Assembly: GCA_043799405.1 (NCBI GenBank)
Contig: JAZDNT010000003.1
Span: forward strand, 207,461-271,460
DNA length: 64,000 nucleotides
Direction: 5' to 3'
Source of the DNA: Candidatus Kerfeldbacteria bacterium
Lineage (GTDB): Bacteria > Patescibacteriota > Patescibacteriia > SBBC01
Part shown: positions 1 to 9,100 of the stretch, piece by piece
Position numbering within the stretch: the stretch's first letter is position 1
Layout: every line of letters starts with the position of its first letter
Made by a program: the position numbers and the translations under genes
The notes under the pieces: generated by a model
Seen by the model: only the letters and a program-made list of their open reading frames with translations
What the model was told of the DNA's origin: nothing
Database searches by the model: none

Positions 1-619
1 CGGCGAGCGGATCGATGACCCACGCGAGACCAGTGTCACCGGCAGGCATGAACGCACAGATGATCAGTCCGAGAGTGAAGTAGTGCCCCTCGTTCTGAAG
101 CTTCCGCACGAGTGCCCAGCCGGCCCTTGACATCGCAGAACCCGATCCTCGAAGCGCTTTCCCCAAGGAGCCGTATGGGTCCTTCCGGTCGACGTTGATG
201 ATGAAGCCCAGCGTGGCCGCGACTGAGGCAACTGCCTGCAATCGCGCGACCATGTAAGCCTTCTCGTAGTGCTTGATGAGAAGGCCGAACGCGAACACCC
301 CGAGGACGTGGACGATGCCCCAGTGAGGCATGTACAGGTCCAGGAGGAGCTTCCCGACTGCGAGCGCGACCCACTTGAACTCGAGGAGCGAGTAGCCGAT
401 GGTGATGGCCTCGCTCAGCTCCTCGGCGATCCTCCCGATGGCGATCGCCCCGCCGAAACGCGCACCCCTGAGGGCACGCATGGTGACGTGACGCGCACGC
501 GGGTTGAACACGAGCAGGCCGCCGATGATGCTGTAGACGGCCCTGCGGAACCTCCGCATCTCCTTCGACTCCTGTTCGGGAGGCGAAGAGGCGGCGCTGT
601 GCGATTCTGAATCACTCAT
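1..619 (-). CDS. hypothetical membrane protein, N-terminal part only (gene runs off window start)
   Basis: Hand translation from ATG 619-617 stays open to position 1 (MSDSESHSAAASSPPEQESKEMRRFRRAVYSIIGGLLVF...GLIICAFMPAGDTGLAWVIDPLA). GGAGAGGAGG lies about 8 nt upstream. Start overlaps the stop of the 612..1280 ORF. Contains hydrophobic segments. Confidence 0.5.
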   Translation of the reverse strand, partial: MSDSESHSAASSPPEQESKEMRRFRRAVYSIIGGLLVFNPRARHVTMRALRGARFGGAIAIGRIAEELSEAITIGYSLLEFKWVALAVGKLLLDLYMPHWGIVHVLGVFAFGLLIKHYEKAYMVARLQAVASVAATLGFIINVDRKDPYGSLGKALRGSGSAMSRAGWALVRKLQNEGHYFTLGLIICAFMPAGDTGLAWVIDPLA

Positions 620-1280
620 GACGTTCGCCTCCTCTCCCGATGTTCACCGTCTGCCCCCTGATGCTCACCCACTGCGGAGCGGGCACAACGAGCTGACGCT
701 GCGGAGCGATCTGCTCCTCACGTCTCTGCCACGGCCACCGGAACTGGCGGCGTGGCGGATGCTGGACCGCGACAGCGGGCTGCGGTGTCTGCTGCACGGC
801 AACGTGGCGCACCTGACGGTGACGTCGCTTCTGCTTGGGCGCTCCCCTGAACAGCGGCGACTTGGGGATCGCTGCGTTCACGAGCAGTGAGAAGAAACCA
901 CGCCGTCCGCGTCGAGCACGCTCCTCACGGACATACTGCCGCTTCAGAGCACGCTCTGTACGCACGACGTACGGCTCGATCTCGCCGATTACCTGCGAGA
1001 CCCTGCCGCGATCCCTCGTGTAGTGACGCCAGCCCAGCTGGATGACCTTGCCGCCCAGCTGGAGACCCTTCTTGAGAACGATACGCCCGTCCTCCGACTT
1101 GAAGCCGGAGAGCACGAACGCGATCGCCCCGAGGATTCCAGTCCACTTCCCGGCGGTCTCCGCTGCATTGTCGTGCTGCGGAGAAGCAGGTGAAGCTGCC
1201 GGTGCGGCCGGGGAAGGCGCGCTCTCCTTTGGAGAATCGCGTCTCTCCTTCTTTTCGTCCTTCTCCTTTTCGTTCGCCAC
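612..1280 (-). CDS. hypothetical protein (222 aa; acidic/Pro-Ala-rich N-terminus, one hydrophobic segment, Arg-rich C-terminal half)
   Basis: ORF track. GTG start preceded by GGGAGGTG 8 nt upstream. Tightly packed behind the 1295..2104 ORF and overlaps the next start. No family recognised. Confidence 0.5.
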   Translation of the reverse strand: MANEKEKDEKKERRDSPKESAPSPAAPAASPASPQHDNAAETAGKWTGILGAIAFVLSGFKSEDGRIVLKKGLQLGGKVIQLGWRHYTRDRGRVSQVIGEIEPYVVRTERALKRQYVREERARRGRRGFFSLLVNAAIPKSPLFRGAPKQKRRHRQVRHVAVQQTPQPAVAVQHPPRRQFRWPWQRREEQIAPQRQLVVPAPQWVSIRGQTVNIGRGGERHE

Positions 1281-1294
1281 GGTGCTTCACCTCC

Positions 1295-2104
1295 CTAGTC
1301 GAGCGCCTTGATTGCAGCGTCGAGCTTGGTTACGGCGTCGTTCATCGGTTCTTCGACCGCGGAACGGACGCCCTGCCAGAAATCCTCGAGCGGACCTTCC
1401 TTGGCGTACGTCATGAGGAAGACGATCCGCCTCTCAGCCGGAAGTGCGAGCACCATCCTGACCGCCTCCTCGGTGAGGAGGCTAGGCAGCGACTCGCGCA
1501 GCACTTCCTGACCCCGGTCATCGAGACCAGCAGCCCACTCGCCCCACTGTCCGCGCTCAGTATCCTCGAGGGACTCGAGCACGGCGAAGTGGAGTTCGCG
1601 GATGAGGTCGTAGGCGACCTTCTTCTGGCCGCCGCCGAGCACGGTGTCGTGGATCTTGTGCGGCAGATCCCTGATCGCCGCCATGATCCCCGATCCGAGT
1701 TGACCGACGTTGTCGGTCGCAACCTTCCTCATCGCGCCGACCACCTGGTCCTGCGTGGTGAAGGTCGGCTTGCGATCCCTGATGTTCTGGAACTCGTTCT
1801 GATGCTGGTTGAAGTGGGCGATGATCGCCCTCGGCATCTGCCCCAGGATCTCCTTCTTGATCTTACGGATCGTCGATGACTTCCGCACGAAGGGAATCCG
1901 GTTGGTCGCGACGTCGAGCACGGTGTTGAACCCCGCAACGAAGAACGTCAGCATGTGGGGGTCCACGAGCGCGTAGTGCGCGCAGTCCAGATACAGCTCC
2001 GGATTCTGCGCTTTCACCACCGCAAGCACCGGTTCGACCACGACATACCTTGTGATGACATCTGCTCCCGTCTCTGCGACAACCCCAAACAAGTCCTCGG
2101 ACAT
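1295..2104 (-). CDS. hypothetical protein (269 aa)
   Basis: ORF track. ATG preceded by AAGGAGA 7 nt upstream. First gene of a three-gene minus-strand unit. No family recognised. Confidence 0.55.
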   Translation of the reverse strand: MSEDLFGVVAETGADVITRYVVVEPVLAVVKAQNPELYLDCAHYALVDPHMLTFFVAGFNTVLDVATNRIPFVRKSSTIRKIKKEILGQMPRAIIAHFNQHQNEFQNIRDRKPTFTTQDQVVGAMRKVATDNVGQLGSGIMAAIRDLPHKIHDTVLGGGQKKVAYDLIRELHFAVLESLEDTERGQWGEWAAGLDDRGQEVLRESLPSLLTEEAVRMVLALPAERRIVFLMTYAKEGPLEDFWQGVRSAVEEPMNDAVTKLDAAIKALD

Positions 2105-2309
2105 GTCCTGTCTCCTTCTCTTCGCGACACGCCGATCAGGGCGTTGTCACGGCATGGGTTTCTTGTTCACACTAACTATATGGACTCCGTGATGTTGGTC
2201 ACGGAAGACGTTTATCAACAAACAGCCAGTTAATGTTACGCCTGGATTTCCTCACTGTAGAGCCATTCCAGAATGTAACGTGCAACCTTACTATAAAAAC
2301 CGAAAAATG

Positions 2310-3161
2310 TCAAGGGGTTTTGTGCACACTTATCCCGTCGCTCGTTAGCACGATATCCCCCTGTTCATCGGTGCGCAGGACGTCGATATTCCGCTTCTGT
2401 AGCCGGTCGAGAACGACCTTATGCGGATGTCCATAAGAGTTGTTTTTTCCGGCGGAGATCAGGGCGTAGCGGGGCATAACAGCATCAAGGAACGCGGAAC
2501 TTGACGAGTATGCGCTGCCGTGGTGCGCAACCTTCAGAACGTCAGAATGGCTGAGCGAACGGTTCTCAATAAGCCATTCTTCGACAGAAGAGCTGATGTC
2601 GCCAGTGAACATGAATGATGTCGAGCCGTACGTCACGCGAACTACAACAGACGTATCGTTCACTTTCAGCTTTTCAGTTGTAGGGTCGCGTTCAGGCCAG
2701 AGCACGTCGAACCGTACGTCATCGATCGTCAACGTCGTTCCAGCCCGAGCGACTGTTCGCTCGCTTCCCTGTTCCTCGATCGCTTCGCTCCATTGCTCGA
2801 ACGCCGTGCTCATGCTTACTGCCCCGGAATCGAGAACGTGGTCGATACGATAGCGGGCAGCAACTGCCGGAAGTCCGCCGACGTGGTCGTAGTCCGTATG
2901 CGTGACAATGACAAGCTCGATATCACGGTCTGACAGTGGCAAACGTTCGCTCAGCCGTTCGATGACTCGCGATGATGGTCCGCCGTCAATGAGGACGTCG
3001 GAACCGTACGGCGTTCGCATGAGCAGTGCATCTCCCTGACCGACATCGAGCGCAGTGACTACAAGGAGACCTTCGTTCTTTCCGTCTTCCGTCCAGAGTA
3101 GCAAAGATACAATGATCGCTGCTGCGGATAGAACGGCGATGATGAGATTACGGAGCTTCAT
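2310..3161 (-). CDS. membrane-anchored metallo-beta-lactamase-fold protein (equivalent to the C-terminal domain of ComEC)
   Basis: N-terminal TM helix (NLIIAVLSAAAIIVSLLLW). MBL motifs DVGQGDALL and VTHTDYDHVGG, and later AHHGS. Overlaps the upstream ComEC channel gene by 14 nt. Confidence 0.8.
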   Translation of the reverse strand: MKLRNLIIAVLSAAAIIVSLLLWTEDGKNEGLLVVTALDVGQGDALLMRTPYGSDVLIDGGPSSRVIERLSERLPLSDRDIELVIVTHTDYDHVGGLPAVAARYRIDHVLDSGAVSMSTAFEQWSEAIEEQGSERTVARAGTTLTIDDVRFDVLWPERDPTTEKLKVNDTSVVVRVTYGSTSFMFTGDISSSVEEWLIENRSLSHSDVLKVAHHGSAYSSSSAFLDAVMPRYALISAGKNNSYGHPHKVVLDRLQKRNIDVLRTDEQGDIVLTSDGISVHKTP

Positions 3162-4557
3162 GGATTTTCCTTACCTGAATAAAAGCATATGCGACCATCG
3201 CTGCCCAGATGACCGAGATCGCTATCGAAGTATTCATACCCATCCGAACCGATGCGAACGGCAAACGCGCACACAACTCGACCGCGCGTATGATCGCCGT
3301 GAGCGGCGCCCATGCGATCCACCCGATGTAGACCGCAATCATCGGTACGATCGCGCTCAGCGAGATCACACAAAAACCAACGAGCATTGCGATAGGAATG
3401 AGCGGAAGGATAATGAGGTTCGTTATCGGCGCAACAACGGATATCTGCCCGAAGTACAGCGTGATAAGCGGCTGGGTTACGACGACTGCAGCGAGCGTCG
3501 TTCCGAGAGAGCTACGGATCCCGAACAACGACGGAATATGCGATAGAAGCTTTTCAAAACGACTGGACAGAAGTACGAGGCCGAGCGTTGCTGCGACCGA
3601 CAGCTGGAACCCGATGCTCGCGATGATCGCAGGATCGGCGACTACCATCACAGTAACGCTCACCATGAGCGTGTGCAGTGCGTCAGCAAGGCGCCCTGTC
3701 TCCCTACCGAGCACAACGAGCGATCCCATGATCCCTGCGCGGACGACGGAAGGCGATGAGCCAGTGAGCATGACAAAACCAGCAATTGCGGCACACGTGA
3801 GCGACAGCCGCGCACCCCGAGGGATCGGTAGGTAGCGTAGCATCGATGCGATCAGCGCGACCACAATCGTTACGTTAAAACCGGAAACGGCGACGATGTG
3901 GCTCGTTCCAGAGATCCGAAAATCTTGCTTCAGTTCATACGGTATCTCGTCGCGGCTTCCTAAGAGCAATCCGGAAAGGAGCGGCGCTTCAGGGTTCGGG
4001 AGCGTCCGTCGGATCGAGCTCTCGAACCATGACTTTGTATTGTATAACACCGCCCGAAGCGTGCCAGCACGACCGCGTGCGAACGTATTCACATCAGATA
4101 CGCGACAGCGCGGTTTCTCGAACCTCGTTACCCACGACCACTCGGTACACCTGAACCCGATCTCATCACCGAACCGAATGGAAGCAACGTACGAACCGTA
4201 CACTGTAACCATTCTTCCGTTGTCAAGGCGAAGTACTGCCGAACGCAGAGCGGCTGTTGGTTCTTCTAGAACGACACCTCGTAGATCTTCGTTAACATCA
4301 GGTAATGCGCCGGCGATCGACGTCATGCCGCGTATCGCTCCTATTCCGAATGCAACCGCTACGATCAGTGCGATACGCCATCGATACAGTCCGAGAATGA
4401 CCGCAATGACTATAATCGGTATCGTCCACGTGGGTACCGTAAAACCAGCTATTACTCCGCATGAAACTGCAAGAGCGGCAACGCGTATGTGATTCTTTTT
4501 CAGGGTCAAAACCGGCGGCGCCTCTCGCGCCACCGTTCCTGGTACTACTGTAACCAC
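3148..4557 (-). CDS. comEC: ComEC/Rec2 DNA-uptake channel protein (OB plus competence domains, no fused MBL domain)
   Basis: Polytopic membrane protein with typical competence-domain sequence (PLLSGLLLGSRDEIPYELKQDFRISGTSHIVAVSGFNV...SPSVVRAGIMG). Confidence 0.8.
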   Translation of the reverse strand: MVTVVPGTVAREAPPVLTLKKNHIRVAALAVSCGVIAGFTVPTWTIPIIVIAVILGLYRWRIALIVAVAFGIGAIRGMTSIAGALPDVNEDLRGVVLEEPTAALRSAVLRLDNGRMVTVYGSYVASIRFGDEIGFRCTEWSWVTRFEKPRCRVSDVNTFARGRAGTLRAVLYNTKSWFESSIRRTLPNPEAPLLSGLLLGSRDEIPYELKQDFRISGTSHIVAVSGFNVTIVVALIASMLRYLPIPRGARLSLTCAAIAGFVMLTGSSPSVVRAGIMGSLVVLGRETGRLADALHTLMVSVTVMVVADPAIIASIGFQLSVAATLGLVLLSSRFEKLLSHIPSLFGIRSSLGTTLAAVVVTQPLITLYFGQISVVAPITNLIILPLIPIAMLVGFCVISLSAIVPMIAVYIGWIAWAPLTAIIRAVELCARLPFASVRMGMNTSIAISVIWAAMVAYAFIQVRKIHEAP

Positions 4558-4587
4558 ACCGACTGCATCCCGTCAATAACGAATGCC

Positions 4588-4614
4588 GCCCCCGGAGACC
4601 GAAGTCCCGGGGGC
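4588..4614 (-). terminator. GC-rich hairpin downstream of glmS
   Basis: GCCCCCGG (4588-4595) pairs with CCGGGGGC (4607-4614). No clear U-tract, so terminator function is uncertain. Confidence 0.35.
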
Positions 4615-4639
4615 AGGTTAGAGTTTTTCGCTTAAGCGA

Positions 4640-6532
4640 TCACTGAACCGTGACGCTCTTTGCGAGATTTCGAGGCTTGTCGACATCGTGCCCGCGCGCG
4701 AGCGAGTACCCGAGCGCAAGGAACTGCATCGGTATGACCGCCGTGATGGCAGACAGCGGTCCGTACGCCTTCGGAACGGTGATGACGCGCTCGACCGAGG
4801 TGCCGGCGTACGTCATACTGCTGACGCGCTGGTCGCCTTCCTCGACGATAGCGATGACCCTCCCCTTTCTCGTGAGGACCTGTGCGACGTTCGCGAGCGT
4901 GCGCTCGTACATGTCAGGGAACTTGTCATCAGGAATGCATACAGCAACGACCATTGTACTCCGGTCGACGAGGGCGAGCGGACCGTGCTTCAGCTCAGCA
5001 GCAGGGATCCCCATCGCCGGAACATACCCGATCTCCGTCATCTTCAGCGCCCCCTCGAGCGCAGCAGCAAGACCGTACCCCTTTCCGATGAAGATGAACT
5101 GCCGAAGATCGATCGGTGCTCCCTCGAACTGCTTCGAGAACGCGAGCGACCGCCCGAGTTCGATGAGCTCGTTGCCACGGTCGATGATGCTCGCGACCGC
5201 TTCGGCGAGACTTCTCGCTTCTGTACTGAACCGCTGTAAGTCCTCGCGCTTCCCTGCAAGAACGAGACCGAGGAGCACCATGGTGAGCACCTGGGCCGTA
5301 TACGCCTTTGTCGAGGCGACGCCGCGCTCAAGGCCTGCCTGCAGGTACATCCCGACGCCATTGCTCGTCCGGCTCAGCTGCGAGCCAGGAACATTGACGA
5401 GCGGGAAGATGACGCCGCCCTGTTCCCTCGCGCGTTTCACCGCGACAAGTAGGTCTGCCGTCGTACCGGATTGCGACACGGGTACGACCAATGTCGTCGG
5501 TTTCACACACATTGGCGACGTCGCGAACTCACCCGCGTTCACCGTCCGCACCGGGATCCCAAGCGACCAGAAGAAGCGATCTCCCGCGAGCGATGCGTAG
5601 TACGACGTACCGCACGCGAGGAATACAACCTCCGACATCTGCTCGTCACAGAACCGGCGCAACCAATCGTTCCGGTCGAATGCACCGATCCGGAACGATC
5701 CGTCGCCGAGGAGACGTCCTTCGAGCGCTCGCCTGACCACATCTGGCTGCTGACGTATCTCCGTCTCCATGAACGTCGAAGCGGTCTTCCCGAGATCCTC
5801 GACCTCGTAGTACAACTTCTCGACGCGGTACGCGACATCTTCGTTCCTAAAGTTCGTGACGCGGAACGTCCCGTCAACCTTCACGATGACGGTATGGCCG
5901 TCCTCGATCGGGATGAACTCCTTTGAGTGCCGCGCAAACGCGACCGTGTCTGATGCGACGAACATGCCGTCGGACGCTGCTGCGATGAAAAGCGGGCTCC
6001 CGAGGCGTGCCGCAACGAGCTCGTCCGGACAGCGGTCGTCGAAGACCACGATCGCGAACGAGCTGTCCTTCAGGAGGAGCGCTACGTTCTGGACGGCCGT
6101 GAGGAGATCGTTCCCCTTCCCGCGTTCCTCCTCGATGAGGTGCGCGATAATCTCCGTATCGGTCTCGGATGCGAACCGGTGTCCGCTTGCTTCGAGCGCT
6201 GCGCGGAACGCCCCATCGTTCGAGATGATGCCGTTGTGGACCACGGCGATGTGACCGTCACAGTCCAGGTGCGGGTGCGCGTTCAGGTCGTTCGCCTCGC
6301 CGTGCGTCGCCCACCGCGTGTGTGCGATGCCGGCGGTTCCGGTGATGGTCATCGTGCTGAGCACTTCTGCCAGCACCTCGACCGGTCCCTTCCGCTTTAC
6401 GAGGACGAGCTTTCCGCCGTCCATTGCCGCAACGCCCGAGGAGTCGTATCCGCGGTACTCAAGCTGTCGTAATCCATCGACGAGGATCGGGACCGCACCG
6501 TGCGGTCCGACGTACCCCACGATTCCGCACAT
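4640..6532 (-). CDS. glmS: glutamine--fructose-6-phosphate aminotransferase (isomerising)
   Basis: MCGIVGY N-terminal nucleophile, two SIS domains, C-terminal ...PRNLAKSVTVQ. Length 630 aa. Confidence 0.95.
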   Translation of the reverse strand: MCGIVGYVGPHGAVPILVDGLRQLEYRGYDSSGVAAMDGGKLVLVKRKGPVEVLAEVLSTMTITGTAGIAHTRWATHGEANDLNAHPHLDCDGHIAVVHNGIISNDGAFRAALEASGHRFASETDTEIIAHLIEEERGKGNDLLTAVQNVALLLKDSSFAIVVFDDRCPDELVAARLGSPLFIAAASDGMFVASDTVAFARHSKEFIPIEDGHTVIVKVDGTFRVTNFRNEDVAYRVEKLYYEVEDLGKTASTFMETEIRQQPDVVRRALEGRLLGDGSFRIGAFDRNDWLRRFCDEQMSEVVFLACGTSYYASLAGDRFFWSLGIPVRTVNAGEFATSPMCVKPTTLVVPVSQSGTTADLLVAVKRAREQGGVIFPLVNVPGSQLSRTSNGVGMYLQAGLERGVASTKAYTAQVLTMVLLGLVLAGKREDLQRFSTEARSLAEAVASIIDRGNELIELGRSLAFSKQFEGAPIDLRQFIFIGKGYGLAAALEGALKMTEIGYVPAMGIPAAELKHGPLALVDRSTMVVAVCIPDDKFPDMYERTLANVAQVLTRKGRVIAIVEEGDQRVSSMTYAGTSVERVITVPKAYGPLSAITAVIPMQFLALGYSLARGHDVDKPRNLAKSVTVQ

Positions 6533-6699
6533 GGTGCGTCCCCCTTTCTAGCATCCCTAAGGTGTATATTGCCCCGAAAAGAAAAGAACGTGAGTTACTT
6601 CAGCGTCCTTAAGGTTTTCAGATGGGACGCACAGTGTCAAACAAAGTGTTGGCAGTTTCCTGACAACACCTCTTCTTTCTGTCCAGGCGTACTACCGGG

Positions 6700-7825
6700 T
6701 TAACCCTCTTCCTTCCCGCTCGGCGACCGCTTCGGCCGTCCTTGCTTGTCCCAACGAAGGTACGCTTCGATGAAACGCGCAATGTCGCCGTTCAGAACGG
6801 CGTCGACGTCGCCCGTCTCTTCCTTCGTCCTGTGGTCCTTTACCATCCGGTACGGCTGCAGGACGTACGATCGTATCTGGTTCCCCCACGCTGCCTCCGC
6901 GTACTCGCCGCGAAGCTGCTGCTTCTCCCGATGGATCTTCTCCTCCTCAAGAAGCTGCAGCTTTGACGTGAGGATCCTCATGGCTGTCTCTCGGTTCTGC
7001 TGCTGGGAACGCTCGTTCTGTACGGACACCATGATCTTCGTCGGAAGGTGCACGATGCGTACGGCAGAGTAGGTCGTCTGTACCCCCTGTCCGCCGTGTC
7101 CTCCCGCAAGGAACGTATCGACACGGATATCCTTCGGATCGATCGTCACTGCCTCGGCTTCCTCGAATTCCGGGATCGCCTCAACGAGCGCGAACGACGT
7201 GTGCCGCATCTTCTCCGCATCGTAGGGGCTTATCCTGACGAGACGGTGAACGCCCGCTTCGCTCTTAAGGTACCCGTAGGCGTAGCGACCGGTAACCTCG
7301 AACGTCGCGCTCTTGATCCCCGCTTCACTGCCGCGGGATTCATCAAGAAGCTTAACGGTCCACTTTTTCTTTTCACAGAAACGTAAGATCATCCGCAGGA
7401 GCATCTCCGCCCAGTCCTGCGCATCGGTCCCGCCCGTACCGGCGTGCACCGCTACGATAGCGTTCCGCTCGTCATGCTTCCCTCCGAGCAGAATCCGGAA
7501 CTCGAGTTCGCGCATTACTCCCTCGATCTTACCGATCCCACGCTCAATGTCCTTCCGTACGCTCTCCGCATCAGCATCCTCGATCATGTTCGACAAATCG
7601 GCGGTCTCTGTATCGAGCCGCTGCCACACCGCGATGTCGTCCTTGAGCCCGCTTAAGCGCTTGCTCTCCGCTTCAGCGCGCCTCCGGTCAGCCCAATAAT
7701 CCGGCTGCGCCATCCGGTCTTCTATCTCGGCTATCTCCTGCTTTTTCTGGTCAAGGTCAAAGAAACCTCCGCGAATCGGAGATCTTCTGCTTCAGGACAT
7801 TGATGCGATCACGAAGGTCTTTCAT
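6700..7825 (-). CDS. prfB: peptide chain release factor 2, requires programmed +1 frameshift
   Basis: The short ORF0 starting at ATG 7825 reads MKDLRDRINVLKQKISDSRRFL and stops at TGA. The +1 frame continues DLDQKKQEIAEIEDRMAQPDYW into the 337-aa ORF, which carries GGQ (HGGQGVQ) and SPF-type RF2 sequence. Confidence 0.9.
7757..7770 (-). promoter_or_regulatory. RF2 autoregulatory +1 frameshift site
   Basis: Minus strand reads GGAGG TTT CTT TGA C. Internal SD-like GGAGG is at 7770-7766, slippery CTT at 7762-7760 and in-frame UGA at 7759-7757. This is the canonical prfB arrangement. Confidence 0.85.
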
Positions 7826-7884
7826 ACGAACGTACCATACCAAAAGCAGCGGCCTTGTTCAAGACCGCTGCCGGATTTCACGGA

Positions 7885-8175
7885 TTACTCGGCGTTAACG
7901 TTCGTTGTAGCGTTCGTATTGCTGTTCACATTCACGTTCGCGTTGTCATTGGTCGTGAACGTGCTCTCGTTCGTATTGACCGTCGCGTTGAGGTTCATCT
8001 TTGTAGACGACATATCAACGTCCTCATCCTTCGGCCAGAAAATCCAGGCGAATATCGCTGTTGCGACCGCCATCGCAAAAATGACCGCGATCACCGGATA
8101 GAGGTGATTAATAGGGGTTTTCGGCTTTTGTTGAGGCTGTTGTGGCTGTGGTTGTTGCGGTTGTGGGTTATCCAT
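7885..8175 (-). CDS. small single-pass membrane protein with PQ-rich N-terminus and Asn-rich tail
   Basis: MDNPQPQQPQPQQPQQKPK, then TM helix YPVIAVIFAMAVATAIFAWIFW, then NATVNTN...NANVNVNSNTNATTNVNAE. Confidence 0.55.
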   Translation of the reverse strand: MDNPQPQQPQPQQPQQKPKTPINHLYPVIAVIFAMAVATAIFAWIFWPKDEDVDMSSTKMNLNATVNTNESTFTTNDNANVNVNSNTNATTNVNAE

Positions 8176-8258
8176 AAGACGTTTTATTCACAATGATAAG
8201 GTTTCTAAGCTGTAGTATACCATAAAATGCCCTGAACGTTGAATTGCGCTATCTATGG

Positions 8259-9059
8259 CTATTTCGTGAAGGTGAATGACGCTAGAAAGTTCTTGAATTC
8301 CGTAGCGTACTTCACCTCTCCGCTGAGGATAAAGTAGCCAAAGTGATAGTAACGCCCATTGTGTTGAACGAAAACGTCATCTTTGTACTCCCCGCCGCCG
8401 GTCATCGATTCGCTGTCTTTCTTCGCGGTTCCGGTCAAACGAGTGCCTGATACTCCGCCGACGGTCACGGTCGTCTGTTTCGGATCGACCATGATGCTCT
8501 TCGTTTCGTTGATGGTGGTTGTAAGATTGAAACCTACCGACATTCGATCGATCACGAAATCGTTGCCCGGACCCTCGCTCTGGCAGGGAATGGGCGTAGT
8601 CCCGAACCAGACCGCCGTAACATCCGGACACGTATACACCTTCCAGGTGTTCGGGTACTTCACGGTATAGCCAATGGTGCTGTTCGTATACGTCTTCCAG
8701 TCCTTCGTCGGATCCATTGACGCATTCACATTGCTGTTAGTGTTAGCGTTGAGGGTAACATTGACGTTCCCATTTGCATTGGTTATTACATTAACGTTCG
8801 CGTTACTGTTGCTGACCACAGCAACATTGGTATTTAAATTTCCATTGATGTTACTATTTGCATTCGCATTTTCGTTAACATTCCCGTTTATCACAACCGT
8901 GCTGTTGGTATTCACGTTGACAAGTCTCATATTCGTATCAGCGCTCTCGTTCGTGTTTTTCGTCATGCTGTAAAAGAAATATCCGGTCACGCCAAGCGCG
9001 AGAACGGCAACAATGATAACGACTATAGGAATAGCGGCGATGCCTTTAGTGTTGTTCAT
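8259..9059 (-). CDS. signal-anchored exoprotein, paralog 1 (Asn-rich linker, WKTY..Y.VKYP..W domain, C-terminal FTFTK)
   Basis: N-terminus MNNTKGIAAIPIVVIIVAVLALGVTGYFFYS, a (N-x)n linker, DWKTYTNSTIGYTVKYPNTWKVY, and it ends FLASFTFTK. Confidence 0.75.
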   Translation of the reverse strand: MNNTKGIAAIPIVVIIVAVLALGVTGYFFYSMTKNTNESADTNMRLVNVNTNSTVVINGNVNENANANSNINGNLNTNVAVVSNSNANVNVITNANGNVNVTLNANTNSNVNASMDPTKDWKTYTNSTIGYTVKYPNTWKVYTCPDVTAVWFGTTPIPCQSEGPGNDFVIDRMSVGFNLTTTINETKSIMVDPKQTTVTVGGVSGTRLTGTAKKDSESMTGGGEYKDDVFVQHNGRYYHFGYFILSGEVKYATEFKNFLASFTFTK

Positions 9060-9100
9060 AGTGGTTTCAATATTATTTATTTCGTAAAGGTGAAGGTGGA
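9036..9100. repeat. homogenised gene-junction repeat, copy A (5' end of paralog 1, spacer, 3' end of paralog 2)
   Basis: ggcgatgcctttagtgtt(gtt)catagtggtttcaatattatttatttcgtaaaggtgaaggtgga is near-identical to 10205-10266. The differences are one 3-nt indel and one substitution. Confidence 0.85.

Noticed and set aside
1-2200. Calling 1-2200, 45500-45904 and 49754-50780 horizontally acquired islands on the basis of high GC
   Set aside because: Spot counts give about 65% GC there, but similar values (63-68%) occur in glmS and rel. Only the Asn-rich exoprotein genes are clearly lower. Composition by eye cannot separate these blocks, so proper k-mer statistics are needed.
4650-5600. 316-aa plus-strand ORF, with many other 60-230-aa ORFs on the strand opposite to glmS, comEC, nrdJ, the giant gene, the O-antigen-ligase-like gene and others
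   Set aside because: They lie fully inside, and antisense to, strongly supported conserved genes. They have Arg/Ser/Pro-rich, low-information composition typical of antisense frames in GC-rich DNA.
6533-6699. glmS ribozyme upstream of glmS
   Set aside because: The minus-strand leader lacks the conserved glmS ribozyme core (no AGCGCC...GGACGAGG...CGAAGGGA-type elements). Only an ordinary leader with a G-rich SD is seen.
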